The translations under genes were made by a program, and so were the position numbers. Positions 53,118-64,000 of a stretch of DNA of 64,000 nucleotides are shown here, piece after piece. The notes below the pieces were generated by a model, which saw only the letters and a list, made by a program, of their open reading frames with translations, made no database searches and was not told the origin of the DNA. Origin of the DNA: Eledone cirrhosa (lineage: Eukaryota); assembly GCA_964016885.1 (NCBI GenBank), contig OZ024740.1, forward strand, positions 271,312,001 through 271,376,000, given 5' to 3'. Position 1 is the first letter of the stretch. Each line of letters starts with the position of its first letter.

Positions 53118-54473
53118 TATATTTAGTTTGATTTATAATTATATGGGAAATTAGCCGATAAATCTTTCGATTTCTTCTTTTTATTCTTTTTATTTTTATT
53201 TTTATTTAAACATTCTTCATGAAAAATTAAGCTACCCTAAAAGCTGATGCTCCAAATATTTCGAATAAACGTTACACTAGATAAACTTCTATATTAAATA
53301 TAAGAACACATGTAGACCAAATGGGCATCCTAAACTTTTTGAAATGATTTTTGCTAGATGCGATTTGATAAATAATTTTTAGCTTTATCTGTTTTTCGAC
53401 TCTGATGCTTATAATGAACTTGGCAATATATTGTCAATTAATTTTTGAAGGGTTGATCTTTGTGGTTTATTTTTATTATTGTAGTATTTTCTAATATTTT
53501 TATTTTTAATATGTAATATTTTTAATATGTAATATTCTTTCGTAATATTTTTTAGTTTTCTATTTTATTATTATTTATTATTATTATTATTATTATTGTT
53601 ATTTTTTGGTTTTGTCTCTGATATATATTTTTTTATTTTTTATTTTTTATTTTTTATTAATATATTGAAATATGCTCTCTATTTCTGCTTGATAGATAAT
53701 CTTGTAGAGTAAAGACAAGAATAGTAGTAATATAAACTCTATATATATGTGTGTGTATATATATACACATATATGTATACTTAAATTTTTATAGCACAAT
53801 GAGAATGTTTTCCGTGAACTTAGGGTTTGCAGAGTTGATCATGTAAATTCACATAGATGTTTGCAGTTATCACATAAACATATGAATTTTTTTAAAAAAC
53901 TAAACATAAGATCATTACTTTTCACACATTATGGATACATATCTCATTCAGGAATACTGATATTTACAATATAGTGGCTGGTTTTTATACATACTAATAC
54001 CTCTACATTAAAACATAGGGTTTTTATGCCTCGCCTATGTCTGGTTATTTTTAATTTTTCTCTCTATATAACAGCTGGTTTCTCTCCTAACCACATATAT
54101 CTCCCTTACATTAATACTAGAGCTAAATAAATAAATAAATAAATAAATGTATCATTGATACGTTTACTCAACGGATGTTCCACTACCTAGTTTTCTATAT
54201 ATATATATCTATCTCTATTTCCTCTCTCTCTATATATATATATCTCTCTGTTTCTTTACATGAAGTTCTTCTCTTTATCTATCTTTCCATCTCTCTATTT
54301 TGTTCCATGCATTTCTTCTTTTTCTTCTTTTTCTTCGTTTTCTGTCTTTCTTTCCTTTTTCTCTCTTTCTTTCTCTCTGTGTACAATTTTTTCACTGCCA
54401 ATTCAACTTTTCAAAAACAAGTCGATGTTGTACGGTATGTCAAATCTATTTATCTATAAAACTGTTTATATTG

Positions 54474-54539
54474 TATTTTGTCTGAGGAAGGCATAGCATA
54501 TTGTTAATATGATATCCCTGAAATATATATAATGAAATA
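54474..54539 (+). ncRNA. Type I HHR (H3)
   Basis: tattttgt CTGAGGA agg...cct GAAA tatata TA atgaaata. Confidence 0.75.
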
Positions 54540-54668
54540 AATATGGTTTTATAAATATAGTTTCCATTTATTTAATATCGTAAATATACTCCAAATACTT
54601 GTCGAGTGCTTTTATATCAGTTATAAATATTTACTAGTTGTAACCCAACAATTTAAATATAACTTTCC

Positions 54669-54748
<80 letters not shown>

Positions 54749-54874
54749 AGTATAGAAATTGTTGTAATAGAAATGGCTTCTTTGGGACAAGAACTGTTTC
54801 ATTCGATTGGACCTGGGATCCATACACACACAGGCACACGCATATATATATGTATATATATAGAGAGAGAGATG

Positions 54875-55054
54875 ACAGTATCAGTAGAGGGTCGGACGCC
54901 ATGCTTTGCAGCATAGAGTTACAGCGCTTTACGCTCTGAGTTCAAATTCCGCCGAGGTTAACTTTGCCTTTCATCTTTACGGGGGAGATAAAATAAAGTA
55001 ATAAAGTAGCAGTAATACACTGGGATAATTGCTGGCCTTGTGCCAAAAAGTAGA

Positions 55055-55058
<4 letters not shown>
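54875..55058 (+). mobile_element. SINE family A
   Basis: Matches reference. Confidence 0.85.
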
Positions 55059-55127
<69 letters not shown>

Positions 55128-55440
55128 TATATATATATAAACGTGCAAACACAGACACACAAAAATACACATTCGCAGACATACATTCACACAAATGCAC
55201 ACACATACATTCACACAAATGCACACATACATTCACACAAACACACACACATACATTTACACACATACACTTATACTCAGACACAGCGTAGCAAATGGAA
55301 CACCAGCCGCTGTTTTGCTATTGTTCTTTCACACACACACACACACACTCCTTCCTTTTAGACACACATTGTGTGACGGATGAAATTCGCACAAACTTAT
55401 ATATAGATAGGTAGAACGCCAAAGAATTTTGGTGGTGGAT

Positions 55441-55632
55441 ATACAATGGTCAGCTGAAAAGTTCAAAGGCTGACCAAGATACTCTCGTGGAATAACAAAA
55501 TGAGGTTTATTTTTCAACATAGTTCCTGGAAAGAAAGAATGCAGTTGTCAATAAGAAAAGTTGAAATTAATGCACGTAAGATTTCACAGCTCTAGCATAG
55601 TGATCCTATGAACGTTTCAGCCGATTCTCGTA
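55441..55632. mobile_element. Mariner-type MITE
   Basis: Same family as 13352 and 16330. Confidence 0.75.
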
Positions 55633-55731
55633 CGAGTATGCATGATATTTATATGCGACAGCACGCGTGTGTGTTCGTGTCTTTGTGTGTGTGTGTGTGT
55701 GCGTCTGCGTGAAGCATGGAAATCTTATGTA

Positions 55732-56985
55732 TAATAATTGTTTCTATTTTGGGCACAAGGCCAGCAATTATCCCAGTGTATTACTGGTACTTTATTCTAT
55801 CGACCCCGTAAGGATGAAAGGCAAAGTTAACCTCAAAATAATACGATTTGATTAGGTTTGATTAGATTTGAAATCAGACTATAAAGGGGTGTAACTCTAT
55901 GATGCAAAGCATGGCGTCCGACCATCTACTCTACTGATACTGCCAATCCACCGCATTTCTGTATAATTGTTTCTACTTTAGGCACAAGGCCAGCAATTAC
56001 CCAGTTCATTACTGGTACTTTATTTTATCGACCCCGTAAGGATGAAAGGCAAAGTCAACCTCGGCGGGATTTGAACTCAGATCGTAAAGGGACGTAACTA
56101 TGCTGGAAAGCATGGCGTCCGACCCTCTACCGATACTGCAGTGCCGTAATAGATTTAGAGCTGTCTCGATCATGTCCACCCCACTATCACTAACATTTGA
56201 CAAATGGTAGAAGATATTGCAAAGCAATAGTTAAATGGAAGTAGTTATTGTGGAATTTCAACGAGAACTAATCAATATTCTGCCAGAGTCTAAAAATATA
56301 GGGTATAATTAGGAAAACATTAATATTTAGATAAAGATTTCATAGCTCTAGCATCAGTCCTTCATAGTAAGTATATGAACTTTTCAGCCTACTTTCATAT
56401 GTATTGTTGATTGCTTCGATAATGATAATTAACTGGTCCATTATTTTGTCCGGTCTTGGAAGGATGGAATGATAATGTTGTCATCGGCGGGATTTTAACT
56501 TAGAACATTAAGAGCGATAACTCATGAATACAAGCTATTTGGTTCGAAGTTCGAACAATCCTGCCAATCCACCTTGATGGTGATACACAGTACAGGGCTT
56601 CCGTTAACAGTTTGAGGATTGGGATGGGGCTTAAATATATATTTACTCTACATGTATTGGCAGTATCGGTGGAGTGTCAGACATTATGTTTTGTGGCATA
56701 GAGTTACGGCCCTTTATGTTCTGAGTTTAAATCCGCCGAGGTTAGCTTTGCCTTTCATCCTTACGGGGTCGATAAAATGAAATACCAGTAATGCATTGGG
56801 TCGATTTCATCGACTTTCTTCTACCCCAAAATTGCTGCCCTTGTGCCTATAGTAGAAATCATTATTATTAGCTCATCCCGCTGAGGTTCACTTTGCCTTT
56901 CATCTTTACGGGGTAGATAAAATAAAGTACCAGTAATGTACTGTGTAATTGCTGGCCTTGTGCCAAAAGTAGAAACAATTATTAT
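55732..56985. mobile_element. SINE A cluster: minus copies 55732-55955 and 55962-56140; plus copies 56655-56870 and 56875-56985
   Basis: All match reference. Confidence 0.85.
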
Positions 56986-57934
56986 TAGCTCACTCTTTTT
57001 TATCACCAATACGAGACTAAGAAAGAAATTAAAAACATCATCACATATTTAGAATCAATAGAAAATCGGTGTAGTAAAAACTAAGATCATTCAACAAGTA
57101 TCCACATTACTTAAGCCAACAAAAGCCCCTTAGTAGCGGAAGACTTACTGTAGAAAGTATAGTACCGCCAGAAGGCATTTCATTTTCGTCAACCCAAGTT
57201 CTGAGTTAAAATCCTGGCGGTGTGCACTTGACGTCCCTTATTTCTTTGGGTTCAGAAAATATGTAGCAAAGCAATTACAAGGGAGAGGTGTTAAATATCT
57301 CAGCTAGAGGAAGTAGCACGTGAGGCGAATTAATTAAATTGCTTCAATCATGAATCGAAGCTGCATCATCTAATTCTACAAAGCAATTGTAGAAGAACGT
57401 GCTGCTGAGAATTAAGTATGGGAAATACTGTCTATTCATGGCCCTCATTCACTATGTTTAATACAGTAAGCGGGGTGATATAGTCACGGTATTTATCATT
57501 ATAAACATTTAACGTAGAATAAAATAAATGTTTTACGCCGGTGACTATTAAGACTCAGAAAACAAAGAATTTGTGTATTCAACGTCACATATTCAGTGAA
57601 CTCTACAAGCTATAGTTTATCTTTATTGTTGTTTTTTGTTATCGTTTAGTCAGGTATAGGGTCAGCATTCATGGGCCCTTTCAAAGGTCTCAAGTAGTAG
57701 TGGGAGCCGAAAATGTACCATTAAAGTGAGGACTTAAGCTGAATTCTTGCAATAGAGAAGATTCCTCTAAACGTACCCAGGGGCCTGGTAGTGGTGTTAA
57801 ACCTGACGACGGGTTAAGTCAACAACCAAAACAGGCCTAGGTGGGATTTGAACTCAGAACGTAAAGATCTGGAACAAATATCGCAAAGCATCCTATCAGA
57901 CGCTTTAACAAATCATCTGGTCTATCGTGTTAGT

Positions 57935-58122
57935 AGGTTTTGCAGTATCCTTAGAGGGTTGGAAACCATGCTTTGCAGCATAGAGTTACGGCCCTTTACG
58001 GTCTGGGTTCAAATCCCGCCGAGGTTAACTTTGCCTTTCATCCTTACGGGGTCGATAAAATAAAGTACCAGTAATGCACTGGAGCAATTGCTGGCCTTGT
58101 GCCAATAGTAGAAACAATTATT
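57935..58122 (+). mobile_element. SINE family A
   Basis: Matches reference. Confidence 0.85.
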
Positions 58123-58797
58123 AAGTGATCCCGAAAGAACAAAATACAAATTTGACCTCGGAGAGATTTGAAATCAGAACACAGTTTGTGACTTCTTATA
58201 CAGACATATTATGTCAGAGCGTTCGACAAAACTTCATGCATCGCTATAAATTTTATTTAAAAAAACACTGCTTACGCTGTATATGTGCTATATGCAAGTA
58301 ACCATATATGCCAGAAGTATCTGCCTCTATTTATCTATGCTGAGGACCTCTAGGATACTTAATAACTATTCTTTGGGGGACCTCTAAAAAATAAGTTGGT
58401 TAAATTTTATTTCATGACCATTTTGATATATTTTAATGTAATATAAAGTATCTTCAGTAGGCGCAACAGTACATTTTGGATCTGGATTTAATTCTGGTTT
58501 CATTGCATAAACCGTAATGAGATAAATAACATCGTAGATTGAGCAACATTTTATTGTTAGTTACAATCCTGGGCGTTCTAGCAACTACTATCTTCGATAA
58601 TCTGGAACCTACTCACAACAGCGAGATAAAGAGAAGTAAGTATGTCAAGTATACAAACTAAACAACGTCAGTGAAATTGAACTCAAAACCAATGAGATTT
58701 TATTCTAATAACATATCATCTTAATCAATTCGAGTCTATTCTGACACTTACTTAAGCTTTTTTATAAACCAAAGATGGAATAAGTAATCAAAATATG

Positions 58798-59173
58798 AAA
58801 ACTGATCATATATCTTGTGGATATCGTATATCTTATTTCAATAACATACTACATGAAGATTTGGTTAAACGAATATCAAAACTGATCGTATATCTTGTAG
58901 ATAGATTTTATTTCAATAACATACTACATGAAGATTTGGTTAAACGAATATCAAAACTGATCGTATATCTTGTAGATAGATTTTATTTCAATAACATACT
59001 ACATGAAGATTTGGTTAAACGAATATCAAAACTGATCGTATATCTTGTAGATAGATTTTATTTCAATAACATACTACATGAAGATTTGGTTAAACGAATA
59101 TCAAAACTGATCGTATATCTTGTAGATAGATTTTATTTCAATAACATACTACATGAAGATTTGGTTAAACGAG
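58798..59173. repeat. 75-bp tandem repeat, about 5 copies
   Basis: ttggttaaacga recurs from 58861 to 59161 at 75-bp spacing. Confidence 0.95.
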
Positions 59174-59839
59174 TAACAGATAAAATAAATTTAGAAAAGA
59201 AAGCGGATGCTTTCTTTTCTAATAAGAATTGAAGGATATTTTTTTATATACTAAAATAAATTCGAACGAAATCAAACGATGATAAAATTTTAAATAAAAT
59301 AATTAATAAGAAATGAATAGTATATAAAAATAAAATTTATAAAATTCAAAACAAAGAACAAAAGAATACAAAGAAACATTGGAAATACATAAAGGCGGTA
59401 AATTCAAACTGGTGACGTCGACACAAATTATGGCGGTCTTCCTTTCAAACTTTTTTGTGTGGGTTATAGTGTTGACTTGTTTATCATTTTAATATAGATT
59501 TCTTTTTTTTATCTAAATTTCATATTTGTATTTTATTTTCAAACACCCAAATTGAAGATGTATTCTCGATTAGTAAATCCAGCAGTTATTAATTTCTTTG
59601 TTTTAAAAAGAAATAATTATGATAAATAAATAAATAAATAAATAAATAGCCAACTGACTCTAGTTACGTCAGATTCTTTGTATTGTAAGAATAAACTAAG
59701 AACCGGTGAGGCATAAGGAAAAACGCAGGCCGAACCCAAATGTACTTACTAACTGGTTCTCAAAAACTCTGAAACAAAAAAATAAGAAAAATTGATGACT
59801 ATTCGAAGTTATAAATTTGTAGAATAGTAAGAATTTATT

Positions 59840-59931
<92 letters not shown>

Positions 59932-61069
59932 TGCAGGTGTGTCTGTGTGTCTGTGTATGTTTCGTTCTCTTCCACCATTTTTTTGTTTGTTTTTATACAT
60001 TTTATCTCTTGCCATAATTTCTGTTTTGTCAGTCAATTAGAAATATTTGCCACACATAGCATGTTGGAATTAACTGTTGAACTAACAAGAAAGAATCTAT
60101 AAGGTAGCTCGAACTGCTAGAAATGGCACCCATAACACCCTCAACTTATACCCTACAGCTTTTAATAGGAAGTAATACATTGGACAATGTTGTCCCTAAT
60201 ATTAAAAAAAGACGGAATGATAATTTAGCTCGGAAGCGTTGATCATTGATCTGCTAGATCAAAGTTAATCTTGGGCTAAACAAGAGCAACAATGACTACT
60301 AATTCTATAAACCTATTATTACAGCAGTTAAAACTATGTTTTGGTATAAAGCTATGTTTCGGTATAAAACATTAGTTGCTTACATGGCCACAAAACCTCT
60401 TCATATAGAATATTGAAATATCTCTATTGATGTTCAAAAAATGTTCTGGCTTACAAATTCAAAGAGCAAACGAAACGAAATAAGTGCTTCTTATCCACTT
60501 ATTTGTATGTTTGTTTCTTTATTGTTTGTTTTATTTTTTGTTTTTGTTGCTGCTTTTTTGTTGCTGCTTGTTTTTGTTGCTGATTTTTTGGTGGGGATGC
60601 ACTTTTCAGGGTTGGGATGCACTTTTTAATTCATCAAAATTTAATTGATTACTCATAAGCAAATTTTGATTAAACAAATGTTGGTCGACTACGAAGCTTC
60701 GGCTAAGCTATGTGCAAAAGCTCATTATACAGCGTAAGAACAAGGGTGAATACGCTTTAGAAATTGGCTTCTTCCAGTAATAAATAGTAAGTTGCTCCTT
60801 GATTATTTTGCTTGGATAATTAGTTTAAATAAATTTTCTTAGCCTATTGTATTATATACTAATTTTTTCTATTGTTAACTATTTTATGATAAACTTACTG
60901 TGTCTTGTGTTAGTAATTTGGTAATTCTCGTGCCGGAATCTAACGTGGAACAAAATTTAGCTGATAAGCAAATATATAGTTATATATTTGCCTTTTATCC
61001 ATTTAAGGTCGATAAAAAAAGTTTCAGTCTAGTGGTGGGGTTGTTTCTTTCTCTAAATCTTTTTTACTA

Positions 61070-61210
61070 TTCTTTCACTTTTTATCCTTCTATGGAAGAA
61101 ATCTGCTGTACTCAGGCCCAGAGAAGGGATGAGCTCCACCAGGTTTTAAAATCACATAGAAACGCTCTATGTCAATATGGCGTCCCTACAACTCCTTCTT
61201 GGGTTGTGGG
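61070..61210 (+). repeat. Dispersed repeat with an inverted paralogue at about 63252-63392
   Basis: cactttttatccttct(a/t)tggaagaaatctgctgta...ggcgtccctac(a/g)actcc in both. Confidence 0.7.
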
Positions 61211-61468
61211 TTTATACATACATTCATACTTAGATATCAAACAGACAATTTTCTTTGAAGCATGTCTGAAGAAAATTTCCTTATAAATTCTAGACTCAAA
61301 CTTTAATTGTTGATGTTTCCACCGTCAATTTTTACATAACTCGAAAATAGATTTTTTTCGAATTTTACTATTAAATTAGTTAATTACTTAAATATTTGTA
61401 CTTAAATATGGGGCTGACGAATCAAAAGTGGTTATTGTCAATGAAAATTACTAAATTGATAATCATAC

Positions 61469-61586
61469 CATGCTAAAAACGTGAGCATCAAGCCCAACAT
61501 CATGACCTTTACTGTTGCTGCTGCTACTTTTGGTGCTGTTGCTGTTATTGTTGGACCTCCGTCGATTCCAATGGTGAGCCTTCCAG
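61469..61586 (-). CDS. Candidate exon WKAHHWNRRRSNNNSNSTKSSSSNSKGHDVGLDAHVFSM
   Basis: Donor ATG|gtatga and open frame; acceptor is weak and an alternative frame is also open. Confidence 0.25.
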
Positions 61587-62200
61587 CTGTTTGATTAACG
61601 GAACAACCTGCACATGAAGTTAACATGTAAGTGACTAAGCATTCCCTGGGGGATCCGGTGTGTGATATTGTGTGACAAAGAAGGCTGGTCCTTTGAATTA
61701 CGCGTAAAACTCATATTTTGCCAGTCGAGCAGACTGGAGCAGCGTTAAATGAAGTCTCTTGCTCAAGGACAAAACACGCCACTCGGCATCGAATACATCA
61801 AGCCACCCGCCTTCGCAACCTCCTTCACTAACACCATATATTCATGATAGTCGAACAATTTCGTAAAGTTATCATTTCTTCAACTTTGCGTTTAATTTTG
61901 TTTCCATTGCGAAACAGGATGAATCAGAATACAAGAAGATATCTCGTGATAAAGTAAGCCGGTTATTTTTTTGTTTTGTCTTGTTTTTTTTTGTGTTTTT
62001 TTGTTTTGTTTTTTCGGTGGGGGGGGGGGGGGGGGGGGGGTCCAAATTGCAGCTATCCCAAAAGTTTCGAACTAATACCATTACCACAGTGCATTAATCC
62101 AATTTTTATGTTGAATAAATGATTGCCCGGCTGTACAGGATTTATATATATATATAACTAACTCACACAGCGATGCTAGCGTGGAAAAATGGATTATGAT

Positions 62201-62359
<159 letters not shown>

Positions 62360-62962
62360 TTACATATATACATATATGTATATTTACATATATATATGCA
62401 TATGTATGTATGCGTATGTGTGCGTATGTGATTCTGTGTCTGTGTGTGTGCGAGTGTGTGTGTATATCTATGTGTATGTGTATGAGTATGTGTATGTGTA
62501 TGTGTGTGTGTGTTAGAGATTACATATCTATGGAACTGAAAGAATATATTAAGTTAAAACAAACGTATTCAAAATCTCCTGACAGCACCCTATATGATTT
62601 AAAGTAAGGAATGGAGACACATTGCACAATTTTGTCTTCTATCTCTATAATTTCATGTTTAAGAGCATGTCAGAGTTGAATTTGTCTTGTAGCACCACAA
62701 GGTTTGGAAGAAGACATGGAAGGAAAAGAAGCAACAAGTAATGTATTAAGATAGTTTCAACTGACGACAACTTTACACTTATTACAAAATTGTGGCCTAT
62801 ACAATTATTATATAAAGAACCTTTATTATCTAGAGCTCATGCAAATCTATATGTGTGTCTAGATATATATATCTATAGGTTTATCCCGGGTTCAATCGGG
62901 GGTAACCATAGTAAGTAAGGTACTCAATACAAAGCAGAGTATAAATATTTAATATAGAAAAT

Positions 62963-63011
62963 GCTTCTACAGGACTAGAACTGTTTCATTCGGGAGAAAT
63001 CATCAAGAAGC
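62963..63011 (-). ncRNA. HHR family H1 with TTGATGA core
   Basis: Minus: gcttc TTGATGA tttctcccgaat GAAA cagttctagtcctg TA gaagc; downstream tail matches 20340-20420 inverted. Confidence 0.65.
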
Positions 63012-64000
63012 TGATGATTTCTATATTAAATATATATATATATATAGATATATGTGTGTGTGTGTGAGAGTGTGTGTGTGTCTGTCTGTGTGTGTGTGTA
63101 TGTGTGTGTGTGTGCGTATGTGTGTGTACCTATTTTTGTTTGTTAACCACTGAGCTTTTTTGTATTGTTTTTTTTTTAACGATTGTTTTGTTGTTGATAT
63201 TTTCTTTTGTTTTACTTTTTGTTATTTTGTACCCTTTACTGAACCAAATGGTCCCGTAACTCCTAGGGAGTCGTAGGGACGCCGCAGTAATATACGGCCT
63301 TTCTTGGGTATTTTAAGCCAGGCGAGGCCCATCTCTCTCCAGGTTTGAATACAGCAGATTTCTTCCAAAGAAGGATAAAAAGTGAGAGAGTCTGTCCCCT
63401 TTACCTCCACTAATTAAAAATATATATACATACCTTACCATAGATTATATTTCCTTGTGAAATGAAATAGCTAAGTACTACTGTTAACTAACTCCTACAC
63501 TAATCTCATTTCTCTTAAATACCCGATATGGGAAAATCTGAAACAGATATCTTCCGTTCAGCATGTAAAACATTCCCTCCTTTAAATTGTAGTTTGCAAG
63601 TTGTAGATTTTTAACTAAGTAACCAGTACCACTCCTGATTTTGGCCGCTCCTCTGTATGAATGTAACCTCAACACTTGTAATATTATAATGAATAAAATG
63701 AGAATGGTGAGGGAAAGTGTTAGGTTGTCTAGTTCTTCATTAGTCATGACATAAAAATGAACTTGTTTAACTTTAGAGATGTGTAATGCAACTCAAATGT
63801 CTTCTTGGCGCGTGTATAGTATATGTAAAACATTTCCACATATAAATACATTCACACAAACACACACACACGCACACACTTGCATAAATACATACATACA
63901 CACAAACACACACACACACACGCGCGCATGCATAAATACATACATACATACATAGATCCATACAAACACACACACATGCATAATACATACATAAATACAT

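Larger units (their letters stand above)
52400..54670 (+). mobile_element. 5'-truncated Penelope-like insertion: inverted pLTR, GIY-YIG remnant, long 3' UTR, pLTR and tail (H3)
   Basis: 52400-52791 is the reverse complement of about 54189-54581; both arms carry an HHR. Confidence 0.88.

Noticed and set aside
54175-54496. Duplicated hydrophobic ORFs at 52484-52838 and 54175-54496
   Set aside because: Low-complexity translations of the inverted pLTR arms.
58795-59232. 145-aa repeat protein
   Set aside because: Product of a 75-bp tandem repeat with identical units and no coding evidence.

Overview
Eukaryotic, AT-rich, repeat-saturated animal DNA; the SINE families and (TA)n/(CA)n load resemble a cephalopod (Octopus-like) genome, which is an inference. 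Most ORFs in the track are microsatellite translations. Supported content: a 44-bp and a 21-bp minisatellite, about 25 copies of one tRNA-derived SINE plus CORE-like SINEs, Tc1/mariner, pogo and hAT-type MITEs, RTE-type LINE remnants, a young 5'-truncated R4/Dong element in (TAA)n, three Penelope-like (Naiad-type) remnants, and a few weak minus-strand host exon candidates. The most striking feature is invisible to the ORF track: at least 14 complete or near-complete type I hammerhead ribozyme (HHR) folds of about 8 unrelated sequence families, densest at 41-55 kb and mostly beside (TA)n tracts. They occur in Penelope pseudo-LTRs, in inverted 5'-truncated insertions forming long palindromes, and in three non-coding, terminally redundant units of 450, 591 and 697 bp that resemble retrozymes (candidate circular-RNA-derived elements). 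Folds were assigned by eye, family names are from recall, and no database search was run.
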